The notes under the pieces are model-generated. The model was not told the origin of the DNA, made no database searches, and worked only from the letters and a program-made list of their open reading frames with translations. A DNA stretch of 64,000 bases from a bacterium (GTDB lineage Bacteria; Krumholzibacteriota; Krumholzibacteriia; G020349025): positions 32,001-96,000 of the forward strand of contig JANLSU010000106.1 in the NCBI GenBank assembly GCA_031362565.1, given 5' to 3'. The position numbers were made by a program, and so were the translations under genes. Within the stretch, counting starts at the first letter, position 1, and each line of letters starts with the position of its first letter. Below, one piece after another: positions 9,957 to 20,469 of this stretch.

Positions 9957-10898
9957 TCAGCCGATCTCGAGTACGCCGAGGCGGGCGGCCGCCACGGCGT
10001 CCAAATCGGCAAAGGAGTCGCGGATCGTGCCCACCGGACGCGCGACAACGCGCACGCCGTCGAGGTCGAGGTCGGCGGGACGGTGCAAGTGGCCGGTAAT
10101 GACGGCGCGGAGGCGTGGTTCGAGCCGCAGCCGTGCCCCGATTGCGGCGCTTCCGAGGTAGGCGTCGTGAAATGCGACGTTGCCGAAGGCCCGGCGTTGC
10201 ACGAGCGCGGCGAACGGCAGCACGTGGACGATGGCGACGACGTGCTCGGAGGCCGCCGTGGCGCGCAACTGCGAATCGAGAAACCCGCCCATGTCCGCGT
10301 CGATTTCGGCGTCGGTCGCCCAGGCGCCGAGGGCGCTGCACGGTTGCGCGCCCGGCGGCGGCGCGCCGGGGGGCGCACCGGTCGGCGACGGTCGCGGCCA
10401 AAACACGTGCCCCCGGTCGAACGCCCGCACCCCGCGCCACTGGCCGGCGGTGTACTGCAAAGTCGTGACACAGACATCGAGCGCCGGATCGCGGAAGCCA
10501 TAGTCGAACCAGCCGGTCACACTCACGAATGCGACGTTCTCGACGGTGACGGCGTGCACGCCGAGCGCTTTGAATCCCGCTGCTTGGGCCGCGGCCGGCA
10601 GGTCGCGTTCATATTTGTCGCGGCTCGTTGGTGCCGACTCCGGCGGACCCTCGACAAAGAGATCGTGATTGCCGGGGAGGTAGAGCCTCACTCCCGGCAC
10701 GGCGCGAAAGACCTCGAGACTTTGCCGCACCGCCGTCGTTGACTCCGCGAGGTCGCCGGCGATCACGAAGACGTCGGGCCGCAGCGCCACCGCACGGCGT
10801 GCGAGGTACGGCAAGAGCGCGGCGTTTTGGGGTGTCGCATCCGAGTGCAAGTCAGACGTGTAGACAATACGCACCGGCTTGCCCTTCGCGCCGCTCAC
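9957..10898 (-). CDS. Metallophosphoesterase (calcineurin-like)
   Basis: SDLH, AGDL, PGNHD, GHLH; GTGA overlap with upstream FTCD stop. Confidence 0.88.
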   Translation of the reverse strand: MSGAKGKPVRIVYTSDLHSDATPQNAALLPYLARRAVALRPDVFVIAGDLAESTTAVRQSLEVFRAVPGVRLYLPGNHDLFVEGPPESAPTSRDKYERDLPAAAQAAGFKALGVHAVTVENVAFVSVTGWFDYGFRDPALDVCVTTLQYTAGQWRGVRAFDRGHVFWPRPSPTGAPPGAPPPGAQPCSALGAWATDAEIDADMGGFLDSQLRATAASEHVVAIVHVLPFAALVQRRAFGNVAFHDAYLGSAAIGARLRLEPRLRAVITGHLHRPADLDLDGVRVVARPVGTIRDSFADLDAVAAARLGVLEIG

Positions 10899-12580
10899 GC
10901 ACCACCGAGCGCGGCTCGGACCGCCGCGCTGACACTTGCCGCAGCGCCTTCGGCCGCCGCGAAGGCGCGCGCCGCGCTGGCGCGTGTTTCGGTGACGTAC
11001 GCCGCGTCCGCTGCGCCGTCGAGATCCGCGAGATTCACCAGCACGTTGTAATACGCGCCCTCGGCCGCGGTCCGCGCGCAGGCCGCTGCGACCCCGGCAT
11101 CGGAGCGCGTCGCCGCGAGCCCGATGCGCTCCGCGTCGCGGGCGAGCGTCGCGGCGCGCGCCGCGCGTTGTACGACACCGAGCGGCACCTCGATCGCCAG
11201 CCGCGTCGCGCTCTGCATCGCCACATCACGAGCGGTGCGCTCGGCATCGTTCGTGCGTGGCAAGCGGCGCGCGGCGAGCACCGCATCGAACGCCCGTGCG
11301 TCGGCATCCACGGCTTCCAGGAGCTCATCCTTGACGGCCTGCGCCTCGGTCCCAATGGCCTCGCTCGCCGCGACCACCTTGGCGTCCGAGCGCGGCGCCA
11401 ACCCTGCGACCATTCCGGCCAGGGCGGCCGCCAGCGCGCCGCAAAGTGCCGCCGTGCTCCCACCGCCCGGCACCGGGCTCTCGGTGGAGAGCAGATCCGC
11501 GAACCCAACCAGCGACAGGCGGCGCAACCGCCACGCCGCTGCATCGCGCACCCGATACTCCACGACGCGCTCTTCGGGCACGAACGGCTTGAGTTCATCG
11601 AGACCGAGGGATCGCACCGCGATGTGCACCAGCTCGCTCTCCGGCACCGCCGCCGTGTGCCCTTGCTTGCGCAAAAAGTGCTGTCCAGCCGCCCGCAACA
11701 CGGCCCGCGGTACCAGCCCGACGATTTCACTGCCGGTCACCCGCAAGCCGCGCTTTTCGGCTTCGGCGCAGGTCGCGTCGAACACCGCATGCAGCGGCGT
11801 GACGTTCAAATTCGTCAAGTTGATGGAGATTTGCGCCCGGCCATATTCGTCGATGTACCAGCCCACGGCCTTGACGTGCGTAAAACGTCCCGCCCGCATC
11901 CGTGTCTTGCCGTCCGCGTCGCGCACGATGGCGCCGTCCGCGCCGCGCTCGGCGCGCCCCGCCTCGCGAAGTTCGAGTGCGATCTCGTGTGCCAGCTTCT
12001 TGTCGCGCGTGTTGAGATTGATGTTGTACGCCACCAGAAACTCACGCGCACCGATCACCGTCGCACCGCGCCCGGCATCGAATCGCGCCGGTCCAAAGTC
12101 CGGCTGCCAGAGCGGATCGCGCAGCTTCGCCTCGAGGCCCTCGTATTCGCCGGCGCGGATCGTCGCCAAGTTGCGCCGCTCCGGGCGCGTTGCCGCCGCC
12201 TCGTAGAGATAGACCGGAATTCCGAGTTCATCGCCGACGCGTTGGCCGACCTGCCACGCGAGCGCCACGCAGTCTTCCATGGTCATGCCGTCCAGCGGCA
12301 CGAACGGCACGACATCCGCCGCGCCGATCCGTGCATGCTCGCCGCGGTGCTGGCGCATGTCGATCCGTTCGCCGGCGGTCGCGATGGCGCGAAACGCCGC
12401 TTCAGCCACCGCGTCCGGCTCGCCCACGAAAGTGAACACGGTGCGATTCGTGGCCGCGCCGGGATCGACGTCGAGCAAACGCACCCCATCCACGGACTCG
12501 ACGGCGCGCGACAAAGCGTCCAGCACCGAACGGTCACGGCCTTCGCTGAAGTTGGGAACGCACTCCACTAGTCGGCTCAC
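10895..12580 (-). CDS. ftcD: Bifunctional glutamate formimidoyltransferase / formimidoyl-THF cyclodeaminase
   Basis: ECVPNFSEGR, HRGEHARIGAADVVPF, GAREFLVAYNIN, then SPVPGGGS and NVLVNL cyclodeaminase motifs. Confidence 0.95.
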   Translation of the reverse strand: MSRLVECVPNFSEGRDRSVLDALSRAVESVDGVRLLDVDPGAATNRTVFTFVGEPDAVAEAAFRAIATAGERIDMRQHRGEHARIGAADVVPFVPLDGMTMEDCVALAWQVGQRVGDELGIPVYLYEAAATRPERRNLATIRAGEYEGLEAKLRDPLWQPDFGPARFDAGRGATVIGAREFLVAYNINLNTRDKKLAHEIALELREAGRAERGADGAIVRDADGKTRMRAGRFTHVKAVGWYIDEYGRAQISINLTNLNVTPLHAVFDATCAEAEKRGLRVTGSEIVGLVPRAVLRAAGQHFLRKQGHTAAVPESELVHIAVRSLGLDELKPFVPEERVVEYRVRDAAAWRLRRLSLVGFADLLSTESPVPGGGSTAALCGALAAALAGMVAGLAPRSDAKVVAASEAIGTEAQAVKDELLEAVDADARAFDAVLAARRLPRTNDAERTARDVAMQSATRLAIEVPLGVVQRAARAATLARDAERIGLAATRSDAGVAAACARTAAEGAYYNVLVNLADLDGAADAAYVTETRASAARAFAAAEGAAASVSAAVRAALGGA

Positions 12581-13086
12581 GAATCGGCCTCCTCGATCTT
12601 GTCCACCCAACCGTCGGGCGTTTCGTCTTGGCGACGGATGCCGAGCGCGGCGTGGGAATGAAACGCCAACACGTCCCAACTCGTTTCGTCGGCAAGCGTG
12701 TCGAATGGGGTGCCGGCTTCGACGACCACCCAGCGTTCACCTTCGGCGCCGTGATCCGCAGCCGGCGGCACGAGCGTCACGCTGCGGCGCGCGCCGTCGC
12801 CACGCAAGAGAACCAGCCCGGTGCCGCGCCAGGCGACGAGAACGACGGTACTCTCGGGATGGCGCCGCACGCCGCCGCGCCGCAGACCGCGGTGCGACAC
12901 GAGCCAGAGCGAACGAATCCGCGTTCCGGCAACCTCCACATTCAATTGATCCTGCACGAGGGCGCGGCGGGCGCCGAGGCGCATCTCCTGGCGAAAAGCG
13001 GCGCGATGCAGCCGTTGCGCCGAGTCGATGCGGGCATGCAATTCGGGTTCGGCGACCAGCGATTGCAACGCGTTGACGACATCCAT
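12577..13086 (-). CDS. Hypothetical protein, possibly cupin-like
   Basis: Fills gap, GTGA-coupled to ftcD; RHPEST..V.WRGTG and WVVVEAGTPF are weakly cupin-like; alternative start 13095. Confidence 0.5.
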   Translation of the reverse strand: MDVVNALQSLVAEPELHARIDSAQRLHRAAFRQEMRLGARRALVQDQLNVEVAGTRIRSLWLVSHRGLRRGGVRRHPESTVVLVAWRGTGLVLLRGDGARRSVTLVPPAADHGAEGERWVVVEAGTPFDTLADETSWDVLAFHSHAALGIRRQDETPDGWVDKIEEADS

Positions 13087-13127
13087 GAGCGCCATCTTAG
13101 AGAAGGCGCCTCCAGGGTCACAAGGCA

Positions 13128-13781
13128 TCAGGCGCGGGAGGCGTCCGAGGCATCGAGAACGCGCCCCGCAAACCGGCTGACGGCGGTTTCGAGTGGCTGG
13201 AGATGGGTCGTGAGCAAGTGTTCGGCGCCCCGCAGCATGACCAGCTCCGCGGCCGCAGGGTGCGCGGCGACAAAGGCGCCGAGCGCCGTCTCGGGAGCGA
13301 ACGCATCGCGGTCGCCGGCGACGCATAGGATCGGCCGGTCGCCGCGGACAAAACCAAAATCGTAGAGCGCGACCGGCGGACCGAGCGCCAGCAATCCCGC
13401 CACGTCGGCGCGTTCCTGGGCGGCGGCGATTGCGACCCACGAACCAAACGAGAAGCCACCGGCCAGCAGCGGCGCGCCCGGATAGCGGTTGGCAAGCCAG
13501 TCGAGCGCGGCGCGGGCGTCGGCACGCTCGCCCGGACCCGCCGTGTAGTGGCCGGCGCTCGCACCGACACCGCGAAACTGAAACCGCAGCACCGGCACTC
13601 CAGCAAGAGCGAGGCCGCGCGCCGCGTGGTACACGGCCTTCGTGTGCATGGTGCCGCCATGCCGCGGGTGCGGATGGCAGACGAGCGCCGCACTGCGTCG
13701 CGCCCGCTCCGGCAACATGAGTTGCGCTTCGAGCCGGCCGGCGGGGCCGGTCAAGACGACGGGTTCGATGCGTCGGGTCAT
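13128..13781 (-). CDS. Alpha/beta hydrolase
   Basis: CHPHPRHGGTM, RFQFRGVGAS, GFSFG, GDRD, AEH. Confidence 0.9.
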   Translation of the reverse strand: MTRRIEPVVLTGPAGRLEAQLMLPERARRSAALVCHPHPRHGGTMHTKAVYHAARGLALAGVPVLRFQFRGVGASAGHYTAGPGERADARAALDWLANRYPGAPLLAGGFSFGSWVAIAAAQERADVAGLLALGPPVALYDFGFVRGDRPILCVAGDRDAFAPETALGAFVAAHPAAAELVMLRGAEHLLTTHLQPLETAVSRFAGRVLDASDASRA

Positions 13782-13837
13782 GGGCGCAAGCGCCTCCCGC
13801 GCGTCCGGAGCGTGCTATCGTGCCCAGCGGAGGTCGC

Positions 13838-14920
13838 ATGCCGCAACCATCGGCCGACGCCAGTGCAGAGGAACGCCATCGCGCCCGCGCTTATTGCAGC
13901 GCCGTTTTGCCGCGTGTTTCGCGCACTTTTGCGCTCAACATCCGCCTCTTGCCGGGCGACCTCGGCGCGGCCGTATGCTGTGCGTATCTATTCTGCCGCA
14001 TCGCCGACACGCTGGAAGACTCGCCGCACTTCACGGCCCAAGAGCGTATCGCACTGCTGGCAGACTACCGCACCCTCTTCCCGCTCGGGGAGGGGTGGCA
14101 GGCGCGCGCCGGCGCGTGGGCCGCACCGCTCGCCCGGCTCGCCGCCCACGGATCCGATCACGAACTCTGCGCCCGGGCGCCGGACGTGTTCGTGGCGTTC
14201 GCCGGCCTGCCGGTCGAATTGCGCCGCCCCGTCGAGGATTGCATCCGCGAAATGACGGCGGGGATGCGCGCCTTCGCCGAACGCCGCGCGGCTTCGCCGG
14301 ACGGGCGATTGCAGGTCGAAACGCTCGCTGAACTCGAGCTCTACTGCCACTATGTCGCCGGCACGGTGGGGCAAATGCTCTGCCGGCTCTTCGTCGTCTC
14401 GATGCCGGGCCTCGACGCCGGACGGCGCGAGCCCATGGCGCGCCTGGCCGAGCGCTTCGGACTCGCCATGCAACTCACCAATATCGTCAAGGACGTGGCG
14501 GAGGATGCAACCCGCGGCGCCATTTTCGTGCCGCGCAGCGTCGCGGCGCACCACCGGCTCGACCCCGGGCAACTCTTCGACCCCGAGCATCGGCCGGCGG
14601 CCCGGGCGACGCTCGGGGAACTGGTGGCCATCGCTCTCGGCGCCCTCGATGCGGCGCTGGCGTTCACGCTTCTCATCCCCCGCCGGGCCCCGCGGCTGCG
14701 GCTCTTCTGCCTCTGGCCGATCTTCTTGGCGGCCCGCACCCTGGACCGGGTGTTGCGCGACGAGCGGGTGCTCGAACCTGGGGCGCGGGTGCGGATCATG
14801 CGCGCCGAGGTGCGCCGTTGCCTCGCATCGACCACCATGGTGGTCTGGTCGGACGGCGGCATTCGCTGGCTGTACGGGCGCAACCGGCCCCGTCTGGACG
14901 CCTCCGGCCCCGCCCTTTGA
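13838..14920 (+). CDS. Squalene/phytoene synthase family (SQS-like)
   Basis: VSRTFA, CRIADTLED, YCHYVAGTVG, QLTNIVKDVAED, RLFC; GGAGG RBS. Confidence 0.9.
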   Translation: MPQPSADASAEERHRARAYCSAVLPRVSRTFALNIRLLPGDLGAAVCCAYLFCRIADTLEDSPHFTAQERIALLADYRTLFPLGEGWQARAGAWAAPLARLAAHGSDHELCARAPDVFVAFAGLPVELRRPVEDCIREMTAGMRAFAERRAASPDGRLQVETLAELELYCHYVAGTVGQMLCRLFVVSMPGLDAGRREPMARLAERFGLAMQLTNIVKDVAEDATRGAIFVPRSVAAHHRLDPGQLFDPEHRPAARATLGELVAIALGALDAALAFTLLIPRRAPRLRLFCLWPIFLAARTLDRVLRDERVLEPGARVRIMRAEVRRCLASTTMVVWSDGGIRWLYGRNRPRLDASGPAL

Positions 14921-15321
14921 CCCGCAGCGCGCTCCGGCACAGACCATGCGACCTCTTAAGGCGAAACGCGGCCGGGGCCAGGTTCGTTGGGTCTCGCCGT
15001 CCACGCCGTCGGGCTCGGCATTTCAATTGCGCCTCGGGTCTATAAGCTACTTCCGATAAACAGGTTATGTTATTGAAGTGGGGCGAGAGTCCAGGCTCCA
15101 AAAATCCCGAGTCGAAAAGGGCAGTAGCGTTCGGCGGTCGAAAACGGCATCTTTAGGCGGGCGGAAAGCCGGAACATTCGGCCGCCCGCGCGGCAACGGT
15201 CGCGGCGCCACCTTGGCGCGCGCCGGGTCGCGGTTCGAATTTCTCGAATTCACCCGCAGCGTCCGCAGGATTGCCGCCCGGCTCGGAATCCCAAGGCCGC
15301 CAAGGGCTCGGAAGGCAGTGA

Positions 15322-17373
15322 ATGAAAGACGTGCTCGTGCAACCACCGCGCGCTCCGGAGGCGTCCATCTCGATGCGTTCACAGATCGCTCCGGAAGTCC
15401 TGCGTAGCCTCTACGAGAAGATGCTCTATGTCTTCTATGTCGAGGAACGCACCAAGGTCTTTGTGAAGTCCAACAAGTGCTCGTTCCATGCATCGAGCCG
15501 CGGACACGAAAAATTGCAGATCTGCATGGCCATGCTTCTCGACGCGGGGAAGGACTGGTTCTTCCCGTACTACCGCGAAAAAGCTCTGATGGTAGGCCTC
15601 GGCATGCCGCTCAAGGATGTCTTCCTGGGGATGTTGTCGCGGGAAGGCGATCCGAATTCGAACGGCCGCAACATGTCGGAACATTTCTCGTCGAAGCCGC
15701 TCCGGGTCGTGTCGCCGACCGCATGTACCGGCACTCAGTACCTGCAGGCGGTCGGCATGGCCAAGGCCGTGGTGACCAGCGGGCGCGACGAAGTCGTCTA
15801 TGTCTCGAGCGGCGAGGGTGCAACGAGCGAAGGCGAATTCTTCGAGGCGCTCAATTGGGCGAGCCGCGAGCGTTTGCCGGTCGTGTTCGTGGTCCAGAAC
15901 AACGGCTACGCCATCAGCGTGCCGCAGTCGACGCAAACCGGTGCGCAACTGGGCGACATCGCCCGCGGCCTGCGCATCCGTTCGCTGGAAGTCGACGGCA
16001 CGCGCTTCAGCGAGATGTACACGAAGCTGAAGCCGCTCGTCAAAGAGATGCGCCGCAACCGCGCGCCGCTTTTCGTCGAGGGCCACGTCGTGCGGTTGGA
16101 TTCGCACTCGTCGTCGGATGACCAGCTCAAGTACCGTTCGCAGGACGAACTCGAGAGCGTGCGGCGTCGCGATCCGCTGACCCACACCGAAATGCAGCTG
16201 CTCGAGATGGGGCTGATCACCGAAGCCCAGAAACAGTCGATGCACGAGCGCATTCGTGCCGAGGTCGATGCGGCGGCCGAAGCTGCCGACCAGCATCCGT
16301 TCCCGGACCCCTCGAAGGTCATGGAGCACATCTACAGCGACTACCAGCCGGTCATCGAAGAGCGCGAGCCGCGCACCATTACCGACGCACCGATCACCAT
16401 GGTCGACGCCATCAACCATGGCCTGCGCGAAGAGATGGAGCGCGACGGCAAGATCGTCATGTGGGGCGAGGACATTGCCGATCCGAAGGGCGGCGTGTTC
16501 GGCGTCACCCGTGGATTGACGGACGCGTTTCCGGATCGCGTTTCCAATGCGCCGCTTGCCGAGGCCAGCATCATCGGCGTCGCGCATGGGATGGCGATCG
16601 CCGGCTACCGGCCGGTCGTCGAGATTCAATTCGGCGACTACTCGTTCCCGGCCTTCATGCAGATGCGCAATGAAATCCCGACGCTGCGGTGGCGTAGCGC
16701 CAACACCTGGACATCGCCCATGGTGGTGCGCATCGCGGTCGGTGGGTACATCAAGGGTGGGCCGTTCCACTCGCAGTGCATCGAGGCGCTCTACGCGCAA
16801 ACGCCCGGCTGGCTCATTGCCTACCCGAGCAACGCCCAGGATGCGAAAGGCCTCATCAAGACGGCCTGCCGCATGGACGATCCGGTGCTTTTCCTGGAAC
16901 ACAAGGGCCTCTACCGCCAGGTGTTCACCAAGGGCCTCGAGACCGACAGCGATTACCTGGTGCCGTTCGGACGTGCCCGCGTCGTGCAATCGGGGACCGA
17001 TGTCACGGTGGTGACCTACGGCAGCGGTGTGCATCGCGCCGTGACGGCCGCGAAGCATCTGCAGGAATCGCGTGGTGCGTCGATCGAGATCCTCGATTTG
17101 CGGACCCTGGTGCCGCTCGACATCGAATCGGTTATCGAGAGCGTCAAGCGCACGTCCAAGGTGCTGGTACTGCACGAAGCGCCGCTCTTCGGCGGCCTGG
17201 GCGGCGAGATTGCCGCGACGATCGCCGACGAGGCCTTCGAATACCTGGATGCGCCGGTCAAGCGCATCGGTGCGCTGGATACGTTCGTACCGTTTGCCGG
17301 GAACCTCGAAGCGGCCGTGCTACCGCAGGTCGAGGACGTGCAGGCGTCGCTCGCGGAACTGCTGGACTACTGA
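15322..17373 (+). CDS. 2-oxoacid dehydrogenase E1, fused alpha/beta subunits
   Basis: GEGATSEG...NN TPP motif, HSSSDD, GEDI..GGVF, PLAEASIIG, EIQFGDY, GGPFHSQ. Confidence 0.95.
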   Translation: MKDVLVQPPRAPEASISMRSQIAPEVLRSLYEKMLYVFYVEERTKVFVKSNKCSFHASSRGHEKLQICMAMLLDAGKDWFFPYYREKALMVGLGMPLKDVFLGMLSREGDPNSNGRNMSEHFSSKPLRVVSPTACTGTQYLQAVGMAKAVVTSGRDEVVYVSSGEGATSEGEFFEALNWASRERLPVVFVVQNNGYAISVPQSTQTGAQLGDIARGLRIRSLEVDGTRFSEMYTKLKPLVKEMRRNRAPLFVEGHVVRLDSHSSSDDQLKYRSQDELESVRRRDPLTHTEMQLLEMGLITEAQKQSMHERIRAEVDAAAEAADQHPFPDPSKVMEHIYSDYQPVIEEREPRTITDAPITMVDAINHGLREEMERDGKIVMWGEDIADPKGGVFGVTRGLTDAFPDRVSNAPLAEASIIGVAHGMAIAGYRPVVEIQFGDYSFPAFMQMRNEIPTLRWRSANTWTSPMVVRIAVGGYIKGGPFHSQCIEALYAQTPGWLIAYPSNAQDAKGLIKTACRMDDPVLFLEHKGLYRQVFTKGLETDSDYLVPFGRARVVQSGTDVTVVTYGSGVHRAVTAAKHLQESRGASIEILDLRTLVPLDIESVIESVKRTSKVLVLHEAPLFGGLGGEIAATIADEAFEYLDAPVKRIGALDTFVPFAGNLEAAVLPQVEDVQASLAELLDY

Positions 17374-18290
17374 TTCGACGGCCTTTCGGCCACCGCGCCG
17401 CGCCGGTCGCGATTCTGCGACGGCGCGGCGTTTCGTTGCCGCGCGTAAGCCACGAGGTGCCCGCCCCACAGCCCGCGGCCATACACTTCATTCAGGACGC
17501 GGTCCGCCAGAGACTTGTGACCCCACTGCTTGGCCGGCGCGAGGATGCGAATGACTTCCAATCCAGCCCCCGCCAGGGTGCGCCGGAGAGTGGCCGGGGT
17601 GAAGAACCAAAAATGGTGGTCCACGGAGTAGTGCTTCCAGGGACTCTGCTTCAGGTGATAGCGGCTCTGAAGATTCTTGGCCCGCGAGGAGAGGCCCGCG
17701 AGGTTCGGAACTTCGATCCGCAGGACTCCGGAAGGACTCAGCAGGCGAGCCGCACTCTCGAGCGTGGTCTTTGGATTCTTCACATGTTCGAGGACATGGT
17801 TCATGACGATCGCGTCGTACGACTGCCCCTGAAGCTTCAGCTGTTCCAATTCGCCGTGATGAATCACGAGATTGAGCCGTTCGCGAACCCGTTCGACCAT
17901 CGCGGATGAGATCTCCGTCCCTTCCGCGGTCCAGCCCCGGCGGCGCGCGACAACCAGCAACGTGCCCTCACCGGCGCCGATGTCGAGGAGACGGCCGGGG
18001 CGGCCGACGGCCTGTTCCAACTCGGTGAGCAACTCGCCAAAAACCGCTTCCCGCTGCTTGCCTTGCTCGATCGCGCGCTCAAAATACGCCTCCGAGTAGA
18101 TTTGCTCGCCCTCGGTCGCGAGCTCCGGATAACGTTGCGCGTACTGCAACTGGCAGGAGTCGCAGCGCACGACAGCGTTGCCGGGACCGATCAGGAACAT
18201 GCGGTGCGCGGCAGCCCGCGGGCAGTTCGGGCAAACTTGCCCCCCCACCGCCACGGGCGCGAGCCTCGCTGCCGGAGTTTGGCGCCGCAT
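17367..18290 (-). CDS. Class I SAM-dependent methyltransferase with N-terminal Zn-binding cysteines
   Basis: CPNC...CDSC, LLDIGAGEG, HVLEHV, EVPN. Confidence 0.88.
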   Translation of the reverse strand: MRRQTPAARLAPVAVGGQVCPNCPRAAAHRMFLIGPGNAVVRCDSCQLQYAQRYPELATEGEQIYSEAYFERAIEQGKQREAVFGELLTELEQAVGRPGRLLDIGAGEGTLLVVARRRGWTAEGTEISSAMVERVRERLNLVIHHGELEQLKLQGQSYDAIVMNHVLEHVKNPKTTLESAARLLSPSGVLRIEVPNLAGLSSRAKNLQSRYHLKQSPWKHYSVDHHFWFFTPATLRRTLAGAGLEVIRILAPAKQWGHKSLADRVLNEVYGRGLWGGHLVAYARQRNAAPSQNRDRRGAVAERPSNQ

Positions 18291-18341
18291 CGAACCCTCC
18301 TCGGAATGGACCGCGTCTTGGACGTCGGAAACAGAACCCGT

Positions 18342-20396
18342 TCACCGCTTCGCGGTCGACGTCGCTTTCAACCACTGATCGAGCCAGCCGATGACCGTGT
18401 CGTGCCAAAAGATCGAGTTCTGCGGCTTGAGGACCCAGTGGTTCTCGTCGGGGAAGTAGACGAACTTGGACGGCACACCGAGGCGCTGTAGCGCGGTGAA
18501 GACACTCATGCCTTGCGTCGAGACGACGCGGAAGTCGTTGGCGCTGTGAATGACCAGCATGGGTGTCTTCCAGTTCTGCACCAACTGATCCGGGCTGTCC
18601 TTGGTGTAGGCCTCGGGCTTCGTCCACGGCGTACCGCCGTGTTCCCATTCCTCGAACCACAGTTCCTCGGTGTCGAAGTACGCCATGCGCTCGTTGAACG
18701 TGCCGTCGTGGCTCACCAGGCACTTGAAGCGATCGGTCTTACCGGCGATCCAATTGATCATGTAGCCGCCGTAGGAGGCACCGAGCGCGCCGACCCGGTC
18801 GCCGTCCAGGAAAGGGTATTTCTGCAACGCCACATCGAGACCCCGCATCAAATCGTCGTAGGGCGCGCCACCCCAGTCGCCGCTGATGGCGTCGGTAAAC
18901 GCTTGGCCGTAGCCGGTCGAACCGTGGAAGTCGACAAAGACCGACGCATACCCGGCGCCCGCGTACGCATTCGGATTCCAGCGGTAATGGAAGTCGTTGC
19001 CGAAGGAGCCCTGTGGTCCGCCGTGGATGAGGAACGCGACCGGGTACTTGCGCGCCGGATCGAAATCGACCGGATACATGACGTACGCGTAGACGGAATC
19101 GCCCTTGGCGCCCGTGAAGGTGAATTGCTCGCTGCGTCCGAACTTCGCTGCCGCGACGCGTTCGGCATTCAAGCGCGTGATCGTCGTCACCGCACCACCC
19201 CGCGTGCTCTTGGTGAACAGCTCGGTCGGGCCGGCGAGCGTATGGAGGCCGTACAGAACGCGGCCGCCGGGCAATGCTTGCGGCGCGACCACCGTGCCCT
19301 GGCCGACGACGACGCGCGTCCGGAGGGTGGCGACATCGGTTGCGAAGAGCGCGTGCTGGCCGAGATGATCGGCGGCCCAGTCGATTTCCTTGCCGTCCGT
19401 GGACCAGCAGTATTCAGCCGGTGAACGATCGCCGCGCGGACCGGCGAACGCACGCAGGTCGAGGCGTTTCTCGCTGCCGCTCGTCACATCGCGCAGCACC
19501 AAGTGGAACCGGTCGGCCTCGAAGCCGGCGCGGTCCATCGCCAAGTAGGCGAGGGTGCGTCCATCCGGCGAATAACGCGGCTGGGTGTCCCAGGCGGGAT
19601 TCGCCGTCAGTTTGCGGGGCGCTCCGCCGCTCGCGGTGCTCACCTGAAAGAGATCGAAGTTCGTCGACCAGGCTTCTTCGCGTCCCACATCACGGGCCGC
19701 GAACACCAGGGTCTTCGAGTCCGGCGACAAAGCAAATTCTTCGGTACCGCCGAACGGTTTCGACGGGCTGTCGGCATCCAGGTCCGGCATGACGTCGCGG
19801 CTCGGTCCGCCGGGGAGCGGGTAGGTGAACAGGTGGTTGCGCGTACCGTCGGACCAGGTGTCCCAATGGCGAATGAACAGGTGGTCGAACACCAGGGCGG
19901 ACGACTTCGCCTTCGTCTCGAGCTTGGTGTGGGTGGCGGCCGGAGTCGTGCCGGGGAAGACCGCCATCGAAAATACCAGGAACGTGCCGTCCGGCGAAAC
20001 TTCCAGATTGTCGACGTCGAGTGGTTCATTGGTGACGCGTTCGGCTTCGCCGCCCGCCAGGGACAAACGCCACACCTGTTGCGAGCCCGAACGCGCCGAC
20101 AGGAAATAGATCGAGCGCCCGTCGGGTGACCAACGGGGGCTCGTGTCCGAGGCATCGTTCGTCGTCAGCGCCCGCACGTTCCGGCCGGCGACGTCCGCCA
20201 GATACAGGTCGTTGCGGCGTTTGTTGGCCTCGAGATCGGTGGTCGCGACGGTGAATGCCACCCAGCGCCCGTCCGGCGAAGGCCGTGGATCCGACACCCG
20301 CTGCATCGCCTGCATGTCATGAACTGAAAAGGGGTGTGATTCGGCTGCCGCCACGCCGGTCGCGAGCGCGATGGCAGAGAACAGGATCCAGCGCAT
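18342..20396 (-). CDS. Secreted S9 family peptidase (prolyl oligopeptidase/acylaminoacyl peptidase)
   Basis: Signal peptide MRWILFSAIALA, PD40-like SPDG repeats, IHGGPQ, GASYGG, DFRV, ENH; GGAGG RBS. Confidence 0.95.
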   Translation of the reverse strand: MRWILFSAIALATGVAAAESHPFSVHDMQAMQRVSDPRPSPDGRWVAFTVATTDLEANKRRNDLYLADVAGRNVRALTTNDASDTSPRWSPDGRSIYFLSARSGSQQVWRLSLAGGEAERVTNEPLDVDNLEVSPDGTFLVFSMAVFPGTTPAATHTKLETKAKSSALVFDHLFIRHWDTWSDGTRNHLFTYPLPGGPSRDVMPDLDADSPSKPFGGTEEFALSPDSKTLVFAARDVGREEAWSTNFDLFQVSTASGGAPRKLTANPAWDTQPRYSPDGRTLAYLAMDRAGFEADRFHLVLRDVTSGSEKRLDLRAFAGPRGDRSPAEYCWSTDGKEIDWAADHLGQHALFATDVATLRTRVVVGQGTVVAPQALPGGRVLYGLHTLAGPTELFTKSTRGGAVTTITRLNAERVAAAKFGRSEQFTFTGAKGDSVYAYVMYPVDFDPARKYPVAFLIHGGPQGSFGNDFHYRWNPNAYAGAGYASVFVDFHGSTGYGQAFTDAISGDWGGAPYDDLMRGLDVALQKYPFLDGDRVGALGASYGGYMINWIAGKTDRFKCLVSHDGTFNERMAYFDTEELWFEEWEHGGTPWTKPEAYTKDSPDQLVQNWKTPMLVIHSANDFRVVSTQGMSVFTALQRLGVPSKFVYFPDENHWVLKPQNSIFWHDTVIGWLDQWLKATSTAKR

Positions 20397-20469
20397 GGTG
20401 CCTCCGTGGGTTCGAAAGGGTGACGGGAGCGTACGACGATCGAGCCCCCGGCCACAACCGGACGACGCC

